Below are positions 42,048-52,433 of a stretch of DNA of 64,000 nt, in pieces. Origin of the DNA: Hyphomicrobiales bacterium (GTDB lineage Bacteria > Pseudomonadota > Alphaproteobacteria > Rhizobiales > Beijerinckiaceae). Position numbers and translations under genes: made by a program. Every line of letters starts with the position of its first letter. The first letter of the stretch is position 1. The stretch is from positions 30,530-94,529 of the forward strand of contig JAIYCE010000047.1 in NCBI GenBank assembly GCA_027488155.1, read 5' to 3'. Under the pieces are notes generated by a model. That model saw only the letters and a program-made list of their open reading frames with translations, was not told where the DNA came from and searched no databases.

Positions 42048-42920
42048 ATGAGCCGCTTCACCCCAAGGCCCACGCATTTCGCGCTGGTCGCCGATGATTT
42101 TGCCCTGTCGCCCAGCGTATCGCGGGCCATTCTCGCGCTTCTCGCGGCGGATCGCCTTTCGGGGGCAGGCGCGATGACCAACCGCCCTTTTTGGAAAGAG
42201 GGTGCCCGCGATTTCGCCGCCTTCGCAGGTCGGGCAGATCTTGGGCTGCATCTCAATCTCACGGCGGGCGAGGCCCTAGGCCCCATGCCGCGCCTGGCAC
42301 CGGGCGGGGAGTTACCGCCTGCGCAAACCCTATTGCAGAAAGGGCTGGATCGGCAGGCTTCAGCCGAAGTCGAGGCTGAAATCATTCGCCAACTTCAGGC
42401 CTTTATTGAAAGGGCAGGCCGTCTGCCTGATTTCATCGACGGCCATCAACATGTCCATGTACTGCCGGGCGTCAGGCGTGCGCTATTTGCTGCGCTTGAA
42501 AGGTTTTGGCCGAAAGATGTTGCCGGCCCCCGCCCTTGGTTGCGCGATCCGGCCGACACGCCGGGGCGCATTCTGGCGCGCGGCGTCGCGGCCCAGAAGG
42601 CACTGACTGTTGCCGCTTTGGCGCTGGGCTTCCGGCGATTGGCACATCGGCATGGCTTTTCAACAAATCATGGTTTCGCCGGTTTCAGCGCTTTCGATCC
42701 AACGCGTGACTACGCCGCCGATTTTTCAACCTATCTCGCCGCGCCGGGCGATGCCCATCTCGTGATGTGCCATCCCGGTTTTGTCGACGATGAATTGCGT
42801 GCTGTCGATACGGTGCTCGAGACGCGCCCGCGCGAGCATGAATTCCTTTTGTCGGCAAGGTTTACCGATCTGTGTGCGGAAGCGCGAATGGAGCGGGTCC
42901 GCCTCGCAACGCTGGTCTGA
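42048..42920 (+). CDS. ChbG/YdjC/HpnK-family deacetylase
   Basis: ADDF, GLHLNLT, DGHQHVH, MCHPG. Confidence 0.88.
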   Translation: MSRFTPRPTHFALVADDFALSPSVSRAILALLAADRLSGAGAMTNRPFWKEGARDFAAFAGRADLGLHLNLTAGEALGPMPRLAPGGELPPAQTLLQKGLDRQASAEVEAEIIRQLQAFIERAGRLPDFIDGHQHVHVLPGVRRALFAALERFWPKDVAGPRPWLRDPADTPGRILARGVAAQKALTVAALALGFRRLAHRHGFSTNHGFAGFSAFDPTRDYAADFSTYLAAPGDAHLVMCHPGFVDDELRAVDTVLETRPREHEFLLSARFTDLCAEARMERVRLATLV

Positions 42921-42934
42921 GAGACAATAGACAA

Positions 42935-42966
42935 AGAAAAAGCCGGTGTTGCCACCGGCTTTTTCT
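42935..42966. terminator. Bidirectional intrinsic terminator
   Basis: AGAAAAAGCCGGTG-TTGC-CACCGGCTTTTTCT between convergent genes. Confidence 0.9.
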
Positions 42967-42986
42967 GTCTGCTCTTCAGCGGTGAA

Positions 42987-43700
42987 TTACTTCGTGGCCG
43001 CTTGGTACATTTCGTCGACGTAATCCCAATTGATCAGGCTGTCGACGAAGGCCTTGAGGTAATCGGGGCGGCGATTGCGATAATCGATGTAGTAGGAATG
43101 CTCCCACACATCGCAGCCGAGGATCGGCGTCGCGCCATGCACCAGTGGGCTTTCGCCGTTCGGTGTCTTCATGGCGATAATCTTGCCGTCCTTCACCGCA
43201 AGCCAGTTCCAGCCCGAGCCGAACTGCGTCACGCCTGCATTGATGAAATCTTCCTTCATCTTGTCGAGCGAGCCGAAGGAAGCGACCAACGCTTTTTCGA
43301 GACCGCCCGGAATCTTGGTTCCGCCGCCATTGGCCTTCATCCACTTCCAGAAATGAATGTGGTTGTAATGCTGGCCGGCATTGTTGAACACGCCCGGATT
43401 CTTGCCGAACGATCCTGTCACCACGGCTTCGAGAGGCTGACCCTCCCATTCTGTGCCTTTGATGAGGTTGTTGAGATTGTTCACGTAAGCGAGGTGATGC
43501 TTGTCGTGATGATACTCAAGCGTCTCCTTCGACATGAAGGGCTGAAGCGCATCATGCGCGTAGGGGAGATCGGGGAGAGTAAACACTGGATTAGCTCCGA
43601 TGGCTGGCGTCAGAGAAAGGCTTTGCACGCCCGCGGCACTTAGCGCAACGCCGCCTGCGATCAAGTGCCGGCGCGATACGATCAGCTTGTCTTGGGCCAT
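42987..43700 (-). CDS. sodB: Fe superoxide dismutase with a Tat-like leader
   Basis: HHDKHH, NNAGQHYNH, FGSGW, DVWEHSYY; leader MAQDKLIVSRRHLIAGGVALSAAG; SD GAGGAGG before ATG 43700. Confidence 0.92.
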   Translation of the reverse strand: MAQDKLIVSRRHLIAGGVALSAAGVQSLSLTPAIGANPVFTLPDLPYAHDALQPFMSKETLEYHHDKHHLAYVNNLNNLIKGTEWEGQPLEAVVTGSFGKNPGVFNNAGQHYNHIHFWKWMKANGGGTKIPGGLEKALVASFGSLDKMKEDFINAGVTQFGSGWNWLAVKDGKIIAMKTPNGESPLVHGATPILGCDVWEHSYYIDYRNRRPDYLKAFVDSLINWDYVDEMYQAATK

Positions 43701-43872
43701 GGCGCCCCTCCTCGAACTCATGACGTGAACCGCACAAAAGCTCGCCCGGTGGCGCAACAGGAGGCTACGCGCCGTCCCTTCGAGGGTCAAGCGGAGCGGC
43801 ATCGTTGCAGGTTGGCAGCGCTGAGGTGCTTCTCTAGGGTCAACTCATTGATTCGCGAGTTAGGTTTGGCTG

Positions 43873-44394
43873 ATGCAAATTGTCCTTTATGTGCTCTCCG
43901 CTTTTATGATGCTGACGGGTGTCTATTGGCTTGTCATGGGCTGGGACATCATCATGGTCGAGCGGGGCTGGAGCCAGTTCATCGCTGGCGCGACAGCGTT
44001 CGCGGCTGGAGCTGTCATACTGGCGCTTTCCCATATTGCGCGCGAGGTGAGGAAGCTTCGCAGCGATCTGTCCGGTCTTGTGGTCGAGGTGGACGAGCCA
44101 GCACCCGCGGCGGCCGCGCCCGCGCCGCTGAAGACAGCTTCTGCCGAGTCCAAGATCGATGCAAAGGCTGCGGCGGAAATGGCGCAGACGCCGGTTGAAG
44201 GCCATCCGCAAGATCGTATGATGGTTGGTACTTATACTTCGGGCGGCGTCACATATTTCATGTATGCCGATCATTCCATCGAGGCGGAATTGCCCGATGG
44301 CCGCCATCGTTTTTCTTCGATGGAAGAATTGCGCATCTATCTCGATACCGGCAGCGGCGGCGAAATCATTCGCAAAGGTCCACCGGAGCCGTGA
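43873..44394 (+). CDS. Hypothetical membrane protein
   Basis: Two N-terminal TMs; C-terminal YFMYADHSIEAELPDGRHRFSSMEELR domain. Confidence 0.75.
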   Translation: MQIVLYVLSAFMMLTGVYWLVMGWDIIMVERGWSQFIAGATAFAAGAVILALSHIAREVRKLRSDLSGLVVEVDEPAPAAAAPAPLKTASAESKIDAKAAAEMAQTPVEGHPQDRMMVGTYTSGGVTYFMYADHSIEAELPDGRHRFSSMEELRIYLDTGSGGEIIRKGPPEP

Positions 44395-44427
44395 GCGGTA
44401 TCGGCCAGACGTGGATCCACGCGGCCC

Positions 44428-44976
44428 TTATTTCAACAAGGGTGCAATCGATTTGAAATCGTCGGTGCCCGCGCGCTGCAACCATTCGAAAACGACCATC
44501 TCCGCCGTCACCACGGCGAGGCCCGCTTGCATCGCGCGCTTGAGTGCAATCTCGCGGCTCTGCTCCAAGCGGCTTCCTACTGCATCGGCGACAAGCGCGA
44601 CCTCATACCCCGCCGCTTTGGCGTCGAGCGCTGTTTGCAGCACGCAGACATGGGCTTCCATGCCGCAGATGACGAGTGTCTGGCGCTGCGCCTGCGCAAG
44701 ATGTTGTGCAAATTCAACTTCACGCATGGCAGAAAAATGCATCTTCTCAAAGAGGGCGGCATCCTCGCCGAGAGCCGCACGCAAAGGCGCGACCGTTCCG
44801 CCAAGCCCTTTCGGGTATTGCTCGGTGACGCTGATCGGCACGCCAAGGCGGCGTGCGGCTGCAACGAGCAGGAGCGTCGCCTTCAATGCCGCCGCCTCGT
44901 TTGCGATCGCAGGTGCCAGCCGCTCCTGAATGTCGATGATGACGAGGTGGCTCGCAGCTTTGTTGAGAAGCGTCAT
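44428..44976 (-). CDS. Isochorismatase-family hydrolase
   Basis: IIDIQERL, EQYPKGLG, GMEAHVCVLQT. Confidence 0.9.
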   Translation of the reverse strand: MTLLNKAASHLVIIDIQERLAPAIANEAAALKATLLLVAAARRLGVPISVTEQYPKGLGGTVAPLRAALGEDAALFEKMHFSAMREVEFAQHLAQAQRQTLVICGMEAHVCVLQTALDAKAAGYEVALVADAVGSRLEQSREIALKRAMQAGLAVVTAEMVVFEWLQRAGTDDFKSIAPLLK

Positions 44977-47084
44977 GTCATGTCACTCGCGCGCGCGGCT
45001 TCTTTGAAGCGGCCCTCAATGGTAGCCACCGCGAAGGCGAAGCATAGCGCGGTTTCCTTCAGCCGGTCGAAGCGGCCCGATGCGCCGCCATGCCCCGCAT
45101 CCATTTCAGTTTTCAGCACGAAAGGCCCACCGCTCGCATGGGCGCGCAAACGCGCAATCCATTTCGCCGGCTCCCAATAAGTGACTCGGGGATCGGTCAG
45201 CCCGCCAATCGACAGAATGGCGGGGTAACGCCGCGCCGCGATATTGTCGTAAGGCGAATAGGCGGCAATGCGTTGATAAGCTTCAGCACTCTCGATCGGA
45301 TTACCCCATTCCGGCCATTCTGGTGGCGTCAACGGCAGCGTATCGTCGAGCATCGTGTTGAGCACGTCGACGAAGGGGACTTCGGCCAGAATACCGGCAA
45401 AGAGATCGGGCGCCATATTGGTAACAGCGCCCATGAGCATACCGCCTGCGCTGCGGCCCTCCGCCACGATACGGCCTTGCGCCGTATAGCCTGCGGCGAT
45501 CAGCGCGTGCCCCGCCGCGATGAAATCGTGAAACGAATTGGGCTTTTTCTCGCGTTTGCCGTCGACATACCAGTTCCAGCCCTTTTCCGTTCCGCCGCGA
45601 ATATGGGCCAACGCAAACACGAAACCGCGGTCCACCAGCGAAAGACGTCTCTGATCGAAACTTGCCGACAGAGAATGACCATAGGAGCCATAACCATACA
45701 GCAGGCAGGGCGCGCTGCCATCCAATGCAAGATCGCGCCTGTGAATGAGTGAGACCGGAACGCGGGTCCCGTCATGGCTGATCGCTTCGATCCGCCGTGT
45801 GACATAGAGCGCCGGATCATGTCCGCTTGGAATCTCCGTGCGCTTCAGCAAGGCGCGCGTACGAGTATTCATGTCATAAGCGTAGGTTTCATGCGGTGTC
45901 GTCATCGATGAATAGATAAAGACGAGACGGTCCGTGTCGAACTCGAAACCTTTGTCGAAGTAAAGACCATAGGCTTCTTCTTGGAATGCGATCGCATGTT
46001 CCTCGCCGCTGTCCAAAGCGCGTATGACAATGCGTGACAAGGCATTTTCACGTTCGAGCCGCACGAGATGGCGCGCATAAACACCTTGCTCCAGCACCAT
46101 GGTTCCCGGTCGCGAGGGAATGAGATCCCGCCAATGAGTACGCGCGAGATTGGAAAGTGGTGCCGTGACGATCTTGAAATCGATGGCACCATCCGCATTT
46201 GTCACAATAAACAGCCGGTCGCCGTGATGTTCAACTTCGTATCGGATGCCGCTTTCACGCGCCGCGATCAGGCGCGGCGTTGTGGAGGAATCGCCTAGAT
46301 CGACGAGATAAACTTCCGTCGTTTCGTGATCACTGACCGAGATCAGGCCAAAATCGCCCGATTGCGTTTTGTCGAGCGCAATAAACCAGCCATCATCGGC
46401 TTCTTCATAGACCACACTGTCTTCGCTTTGCGGCGTACCGAGTTTGTGCCGTTTGACGCGCTTGGGGCGATGCTCCTCGTCCATCTCGACATAGAGAAGA
46501 TACTGCTGGTCCTTAAACCAGACGCTGTCGCCGGTTGTGTCAATGAGTTGATCTTCGCGATCTATGAGGCTCTCCATATCGCGAATGCGAATTGTGTAGA
46601 ATTCCGAGCCCTTGTCATCGACGCTCCACGCGATCAGCCTTTGATCCGATGAGACAGACCAATCGCCGAAATCGTAAAAGGCGTGTCCCTCTGCCAGCGT
46701 ATCGCCATCGATGATGATGCGATCAGCGCTGCCATCGCGTGCGCTACGCGCGAGATTGGGATGCTGGCCACCGTCGCGCCATACGATCCGATAAGCATAA
46801 GGCCCCAGTGCGCGCGGCACTTGGGAATCGTTTTCCTTAATGCGGCCCCGCATCTCGGCGTTGATCGTTTCTACCAAAGGCGCGAGCGGATCGAGGAGAT
46901 GCGCAGCGTAAGCATTCTCGCCCTCAAGATAGGCGCGAATGGCGGGATCAAGCTTCGCCGGTTCACGCAACACCTCGCGCCAATCGGGATCTTTCAGCCA
47001 GGCATAATCATCCTGCAGCGTTAGCCCATGATAGGTGCGCGTAGTCGGGCGGCGTTCGGCACGCGGCGGGTCGAAATGTGTCAT
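44973..47084 (-). CDS. ptrB: Oligopeptidase B (S9A)
   Basis: GRSAGG, DPRV, GHGG catalytic motifs; YGYGSYG. Confidence 0.92.
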   Translation of the reverse strand: MTHFDPPRAERRPTTRTYHGLTLQDDYAWLKDPDWREVLREPAKLDPAIRAYLEGENAYAAHLLDPLAPLVETINAEMRGRIKENDSQVPRALGPYAYRIVWRDGGQHPNLARSARDGSADRIIIDGDTLAEGHAFYDFGDWSVSSDQRLIAWSVDDKGSEFYTIRIRDMESLIDREDQLIDTTGDSVWFKDQQYLLYVEMDEEHRPKRVKRHKLGTPQSEDSVVYEEADDGWFIALDKTQSGDFGLISVSDHETTEVYLVDLGDSSTTPRLIAARESGIRYEVEHHGDRLFIVTNADGAIDFKIVTAPLSNLARTHWRDLIPSRPGTMVLEQGVYARHLVRLERENALSRIVIRALDSGEEHAIAFQEEAYGLYFDKGFEFDTDRLVFIYSSMTTPHETYAYDMNTRTRALLKRTEIPSGHDPALYVTRRIEAISHDGTRVPVSLIHRRDLALDGSAPCLLYGYGSYGHSLSASFDQRRLSLVDRGFVFALAHIRGGTEKGWNWYVDGKREKKPNSFHDFIAAGHALIAAGYTAQGRIVAEGRSAGGMLMGAVTNMAPDLFAGILAEVPFVDVLNTMLDDTLPLTPPEWPEWGNPIESAEAYQRIAAYSPYDNIAARRYPAILSIGGLTDPRVTYWEPAKWIARLRAHASGGPFVLKTEMDAGHGGASGRFDRLKETALCFAFAVATIEGRFKEAARASDMT

Positions 47085-47108
47085 GCTGTTTGTCCGGAAC
47101 CGGCGGTT

Positions 47109-47525
47109 TCAGGTGCCGGGCTTCGGTTCGAATGTCATGGCGTGACCGTTGATGCAATAACGCAAGCCCGTCGGCCGCGGTCCGTCGGGGAAGACATGGC
47201 CGAGATGACCGCCGCAATGGCCGCAGCGCACCTCGATGCGACGCATCCCGAAGGAACGGTCTTCGTGTTCGCTGATCGCACCCTCTTTGACCGGGGCAAA
47301 GAAACTCGGCCAGCCGCAACCGGCATCAAACTTTGTATCCGATTGGAATAAGGCGTCGCCGCACCCTGCACAGCGATAAACCCCGGTGGCTCGGCTGTCC
47401 CAGTCCCAATAGGGGCCAGTAAATGGGCGTTCGGTGCCGTGCTCGCGGAGGACATGGAACTGTTCGGGCGTGAGGCGTTGCCGCCATTCAGCCTCATTGG
47501 CGGGGAGGGGGCGGTCCTGGCTCAT
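47109..47525 (-). CDS. msrB: Methionine-R-sulfoxide reductase
   Basis: [30 protein letters not shown]. Confidence 0.95.
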   Translation of the reverse strand: MSQDRPLPANEAEWRQRLTPEQFHVLREHGTERPFTGPYWDWDSRATGVYRCAGCGDALFQSDTKFDAGCGWPSFFAPVKEGAISEHEDRSFGMRRIEVRCGHCGGHLGHVFPDGPRPTGLRYCINGHAMTFEPKPGT

Positions 47526-47859
47526 GGCGGTCTCCGGTGCGGCGGATGGGTGTTTCAAGTGGAAAATATGGTATCGGTTGCTCAAATCGGCAAGAATAGG
47601 GTGTTATTGCAATATTACTGATACAAAAGACAGCAAAGCGATGATGATTGATGTAGTCGGCAACGTTGTTTTCAGTAAAAATTCAGCACTCAATCGTTTG
47701 GTGATTGCAAAAAATGATGAATCATCATAGATTCAGAGGACGGTTTTCACAGTATTAAGAGAGTTCTCTGGCGAGCCACTTCGGCGCGGTCGGTGTTGCT
47801 TTTACTGTGTTCGAAATGACAAGGCCGGGATTTGCCGGTTCCGTAGAAGGCGAAAGACA

Positions 47860-48276
47860 ATGAACGACATAACAGCTCCCGCCAGCACGATTGAACTGAT
47901 GGCCGATATTGTTTCGGCCTATGTGAGCAACAATACTGTTTCTCCCGGTGAATTGACGCAGTTGATCAGTGATGTCCACAGCGCGCTCCTGCGGGTGGCC
48001 GGCACGCCGGGCGAAGGTGCGAGCGAGGCTCCAAAGCCGGCGATTGCAGTCAAGAAATCCGTGACGCCGGAGTTCATCGTTTGTCTTGAGGACGGAAAAA
48101 AGTTCAAATCGCTGAAGCGGCATTTGCGCACGCAATATAACATGTCGCCGGAGGACTATCGTGAAAAATGGGGTTTGCCCCCTGACTATCCGATGGTGGC
48201 ACCAAACTATGCGCAGGCCCGCTCGCAACTCGCCAAGAAAATGGGCCTCGGCCAGCAGCGCCGCAAGCGACGTTGA
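47860..48276 (+). CDS. mucR: MucR/Ros zinc-finger regulator
   Basis: [28 protein letters not shown]. Confidence 0.95.
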   Translation: MNDITAPASTIELMADIVSAYVSNNTVSPGELTQLISDVHSALLRVAGTPGEGASEAPKPAIAVKKSVTPEFIVCLEDGKKFKSLKRHLRTQYNMSPEDYREKWGLPPDYPMVAPNYAQARSQLAKKMGLGQQRRKRR

Positions 48277-48312
48277 GCGGCGCAACTGTCGAACGCCTGA
48301 TGAACGGACGCT

Positions 48313-48342
48313 AAACCCGGCTATTGTGCCGGGTTTTTTGTT
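48313..48342 (+). terminator. Rho-independent terminator after mucR
   Basis: AAACCCGGC-TATTGT-GCCGGGTTTTTT. Confidence 0.85.
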
Positions 48343-48446
48343 GTGGCCCGTCACATCGGACGGGGTGAAAGCCGTCCTGTTATAGGAAGATTATCTTGAC
48401 TCCAAAGATGGCTGACGGCAGGTTTGCATCAAAGGAGAAAAGTCCT

Positions 48447-49286
48447 ATGAACAGAACCCCATCCCATCCTGTTGCCGCCCCGCATTCGTCCCGTCCCGTC
48501 ATAGCGCCGCTGCCCGAAGAACGCCGCGCACTCGAGATGCTTTCGCCACGCTCTGCATGGTGCCGTCGTGTTGGTGCAACATGGATTGTCGTTGCACGCA
48601 AGAAAGGCGTCTCGCTACGTGTCGGTTCAGTACCGGGGATCGTGATTGATGTCTTGCGCCAGCGGCGATGGATTGCGCCGCAAGATGCAGGCGATGCACT
48701 CTTCATTACAGATACGGGCCGCAAGGCGCTTGCCATCAAGTCTTCCGGTGGCGGAGGCAGTGCGCCCCATCGCATGCTTGAAGCGATAACTTTGGACGAT
48801 GGTGAGACCTGCCTTTTCAATCGCGATGAAAGTCCATTATCGCGTTTGGCGCGCGTGAAGAAACATGATGGTTCGCCGCTGGTTGATGCGGCGTCTGTTG
48901 CAGCCGGCGAGCGCCTCGCTGCAGACATCATGCGCGCTGGAATGATGCCCGGAATCACGATGCGTTGGGATGCGACCGGATCCTCAGGCGATCATCGGGC
49001 TAGCCCAACCGACCTCATGATCGCAGCGCGCCAGCGTGTCGAAGCCGCGCTCGACAGTGCCGGCCACGACCTCGCGGGATTGCTGCTCGATGTGCTAGCG
49101 TTTTCAAAGGGTGTAGAGGACATTGAACGCGAACGGCGCTGGCCGCAACGTTCTGCCAAAATCATCATTGCGCTGGCGCTGTCACGTCTTGCTGCGCATT
49201 ACGGCTTCGCGACAACGGCGCGCGGTGCGGACCATGTCCGTAGCACAGCGTGGCAAGCCGATGGTGCTAAGCCGGTGATTTGGTAG
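48447..49286 (+). CDS. DUF6456-like protein
   Basis: ESPLSRLAR, AGERLAAD, ERERRWPQRSAK; mucR-sufE neighbourhood; AGGAG SD. Confidence 0.75.
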   Translation: MNRTPSHPVAAPHSSRPVIAPLPEERRALEMLSPRSAWCRRVGATWIVVARKKGVSLRVGSVPGIVIDVLRQRRWIAPQDAGDALFITDTGRKALAIKSSGGGGSAPHRMLEAITLDDGETCLFNRDESPLSRLARVKKHDGSPLVDAASVAAGERLAADIMRAGMMPGITMRWDATGSSGDHRASPTDLMIAARQRVEAALDSAGHDLAGLLLDVLAFSKGVEDIERERRWPQRSAKIIIALALSRLAAHYGFATTARGADHVRSTAWQADGAKPVIW

Positions 49287-49310
49287 AGCGACGATAAGGG
49301 CGAGCGGCGC

Positions 49311-49721
49311 TCAGCCCATCGCTGCTGCGGCATCGCGCCGAATGCGATCGACCATCGAGCGCACGCCATTCGAGCGTTGCGGTGTCAGATGTTCTGCTAA
49401 ACCCAATTCGCGAAACACGGCGAGCGCATCTGTATCGAGAATGGCCTGCGGCGTCTTGCCGGAATAAAGCGCAAGAATAAGCGCGACGAGTCCCTTGACG
49501 ATATGGGCGTCGCTATCGCCGCGGAACTGGAGCACGGCCCCGTCAGGAATGGTCTCGACCCAAACCTGACTGGCGCAACCGCGCACCTTGTTCTCTTCCG
49601 TGCGTGCGGTCTCGGGCAGCGGATCGAGCGCCTTACCGAGATCGATCACATAGCGGTAGCGGTCTTCCCAACTGTCGAGCAGGTCGAAGGTTTCGCGGAT
49701 ATCGTCAAGAGATGGCAACAT
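49311..49721 (-). CDS. sufE: SufE family sulfur acceptor
   Basis: WEDRYRYVIDLG, VRGCASQVW, DSDAHIVKG, LTPQRSNG. Confidence 0.93.
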   Translation of the reverse strand: MLPSLDDIRETFDLLDSWEDRYRYVIDLGKALDPLPETARTEENKVRGCASQVWVETIPDGAVLQFRGDSDAHIVKGLVALILALYSGKTPQAILDTDALAVFRELGLAEHLTPQRSNGVRSMVDRIRRDAAAAMG

Positions 49722-49761
49722 GGCCGTTCTTATGCCGGTCGCAGCGTTGCGCGGCAATCGC

Positions 49762-49983
49762 TTATTGTGCGTGGGCCGGTTTGAGCCCGCGGGCCAGAGC
49801 CTCCTGCCCCTTCTGGGTAAGGGCGGCACATTCGGCAGGCTGTTCCCGGCACCATGCCATAGCCTCGCTCACGGCCTTCTCCCCCATCGGACGGGCAAGA
49901 TCGGCCAAGCTTGCTTCGCCGCCGACGGGCGACAGCCAGTAGATGACCGCAATGACGAAGAGGGCGCGCACGATAAAGGACAT
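49762..49983 (-). CDS. Small membrane/secreted protein (DUF5330-like)
   Basis: Hydrophobic N-terminus, WCREQPAEC motif; position next to sufE. Confidence 0.6.
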   Translation of the reverse strand: MSFIVRALFVIAVIYWLSPVGGEASLADLARPMGEKAVSEAMAWCREQPAECAALTQKGQEALARGLKPAHAQ

Positions 49984-50233
49984 GGCGGGAAGTATAGCGG
50001 TCCACGCGCTTGGTGGCCGATCCATACATCGGGCTTTCGTTTAGTTGGTTAATTTAGTCTCACCACAAAGCCAACAATTTCAGATATTACAATAGCTTAA
50101 GCGACAATCTCTAGGACAGAGGAGACAGTACGATTCAGCTTCGTTTAAGGCCTCGCCGCCATAATTGACACCGAAATCAGTATGCGTCCCGTGAGGCGCA
50201 GAGGGTAAAGCGTTGCGCAGAACGGTAAAGACG

Positions 50234-51754
50234 ATGGCGGGGAATGGGTATGGGGCCGAGCGTTACTTTGTATTGTCCCGCCTTGTACTGGCGGCCGCCG
50301 CTTTGGCCGCCGTTCCGGTTCTCCTGATTGCTGACCTAAGCCTTGTTCCTCAGCAAGGCTTGATCCTCGCCGCCTTTGGCTGCCAGATCATCCCTGCACT
50401 TTTGGTTCAAAATGGATGGAAGATATCTGACGGACAAAGCCTCTCCGTAGCGATCCTGATGGTGGCATCGCTGCTGATCGCGGTTTTCTTCACGCCCGGC
50501 TTTGCCCTTGTTCCACTTTTGGCGATGCCTTTCATCGTGCTGGAGGTGCTTTGGCTTCACGCGACACCTAAATCTGCTTCCCTCTCCCATGCTGTGCCGC
50601 GTGAGCAGGCCGTGCTGGCCGCGATGGATGCTCTGGTGCTTGAGCATGATGGCGATGGCGAGGTCACAAGCACCAACGGAACCGGGGAGACAATGCTTGG
50701 CGTTCACACGGACGCCCTGATTGGCCGTACTTTTTTCGAGCGTGTTCATGTCGGCGACAGGCCAGCCTATCTGCGCCATTGCGACGAGGCCGCGCGCGGC
50801 CATCAACCCGAATCGCTGGATCTGCGGATCCGCTACGGTGCAGACCACGCTGCCCCCCTCTACCAGACATTCACACTGGTTGCCCGTCCGTTGGTTCCGA
50901 ATGAGGACCGTGGTCCCTTCATCGCCATTCTTCGTCGCGCCGATCAGGCAACAGCGGTGACGCAGGATGAGGACAATGTGCAAGATCGTATTCTTGCTGT
51001 GATGACCCATGAACTGCGCACGCCGCTTAATGCGATTATCGGTTTTGCCGATCTGCTCGCCAGCGATTTGCGCGTTCTGCAAGATGACGAACGCCGCCGC
51101 GATTATGCTCGTATCATCCGCTTGTCGGGTGAGCATCTGCTCGATGTCGTCAACACCGTGCTCGATGCGTCGAAATTACAGGCCGGTGCCTTGCAGCCGG
51201 AACCAGAACCGTTCGATTTTGCGCCTCTGCTCGACGAGACCATCGCCATCATGCAGCTCAAGGCTGAGAAGAGCGGCGTAAAACTTGTGTCGTCGATGGC
51301 AGGACCGATTCAACTGATCGCCGACAAGCGCGCGCTGCGCCAGATTCTGCTGAACCTGTTGTCCAATGCCATCAAATTTTCACCCCAAGGCGGTGATGTC
51401 ACCGTGAAAACGCGCTGTGAGGGAACTGATTTCATTCTCTCAGTTGATGATTGCGGTGTCGGCATTGCCGCGCGTGACCTAGCGCGCATCGGCGAACCCT
51501 TCTTTCAAGCGCATAGTGGCACCGCACGTGCGTTCGAAGGAACAGGTCTCGGCCTCTCCGTTGTACGCGGCCTTGTCGCGTTGCATGGCGGCACGATGAC
51601 GATTGACAGCGAACAGGGTAAGGGTACCTGCGTTACCATTCGTATGAACCGCGATATGCGCCGCGTGCTTGCGAATGTCGGCTCTTGCTCTAGCGATAGG
51701 CAAGGCGATAAGATTAATGCGATGAACGTGTCTGGAGTGAAGAAAATTGCGTGA
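50234..51754 (+). CDS. divJ: Sensor histidine kinase, DivJ-like
   Basis: TM region, PAS-like segment, H-box HELRTPLNAIIGF, NAIKF, GTGLGL; gene context typical of divJ (orthology inferred). Confidence 0.75.
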   Translation: MAGNGYGAERYFVLSRLVLAAAALAAVPVLLIADLSLVPQQGLILAAFGCQIIPALLVQNGWKISDGQSLSVAILMVASLLIAVFFTPGFALVPLLAMPFIVLEVLWLHATPKSASLSHAVPREQAVLAAMDALVLEHDGDGEVTSTNGTGETMLGVHTDALIGRTFFERVHVGDRPAYLRHCDEAARGHQPESLDLRIRYGADHAAPLYQTFTLVARPLVPNEDRGPFIAILRRADQATAVTQDEDNVQDRILAVMTHELRTPLNAIIGFADLLASDLRVLQDDERRRDYARIIRLSGEHLLDVVNTVLDASKLQAGALQPEPEPFDFAPLLDETIAIMQLKAEKSGVKLVSSMAGPIQLIADKRALRQILLNLLSNAIKFSPQGGDVTVKTRCEGTDFILSVDDCGVGIAARDLARIGEPFFQAHSGTARAFEGTGLGLSVVRGLVALHGGTMTIDSEQGKGTCVTIRMNRDMRRVLANVGSCSSDRQGDKINAMNVSGVKKIA

Positions 51755-52433
51755 GGCGACGGCCCGCTACGAGCCTGATTACACACTCTCGGAAGAGATT
51801 GTGGAAGCAAAGCCGCGCCGCCATCGTAAGACGGTGTCGCCTGCGGCTGCACGCGCGGCTGAGAACCGAGCCCGTCTGATGGGGGCGCTCCGTTATACAA
51901 TCGATCATCCAGTGAAAGTGCTTGGCACCGCCTGCGTCGCCGTCGCGGCCATCAGCTTTACAGTGAATGCCCTCTTCTTTCAGCAAGGCAGGCATCCTGC
52001 CCCCTTGTTCGCGCCCAAAGCGGACAACATTATTGCCGCATCCGCACCATCTGCCGGTGCAGTTGCGCCTGCGACACAAATTGTGGCGCTGCCGCCGGAA
52101 CGTCCCGCCGATCTGAACGCGAAAAAAGATACGGCCCCGCAAGCCGCGATTGCGCCGCAAGGCCGCGACGCCATTGGCGATCTGCTGCGTGGCGGTGGTG
52201 TGTCGACGGCTGTACCTGATCCGAAGCAAGAACAGGTTCGCTCGGTCGCTGCGGTCCAGCGTGCCCTTAATCGGCTGGGCTATGGCCCCATGAAAGCCGA
52301 CGGTATCTTCGGTTCGGGTACCAAGCTTGCGCTTGAGCGCTTCGAACGTGACCGTAAATTGCCGGTGACTGGCGAAATGTCTCCACGCGTCATGAAAGAA
52401 CTGGCCGCTGCCAGCGGCATCGCGTTCAATTGA
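51747..52433 (+). CDS. Peptidoglycan-binding domain protein
   Basis: One TM, HPAPLF, C-terminal PG_binding_1 (VQRALNRLGY...DGIFGSGT). Confidence 0.82.
   Translation: MREATARYEPDYTLSEEIVEAKPRRHRKTVSPAAARAAENRARLMGALRYTIDHPVKVLGTACVAVAAISFTVNALFFQQGRHPAPLFAPKADNIIAASAPSAGAVAPATQIVALPPERPADLNAKKDTAPQAAIAPQGRDAIGDLLRGGGVSTAVPDPKQEQVRSVAAVQRALNRLGYGPMKADGIFGSGTKLALERFERDRKLPVTGEMSPRVMKELAAASGIAFN

Noticed and set aside
47560-47860. AT-rich tract as a possible foreign insertion
   Set aside because: It is the msrB/mucR divergent promoter region; AT-rich upstream DNA is expected for MucR/Ros autoregulation
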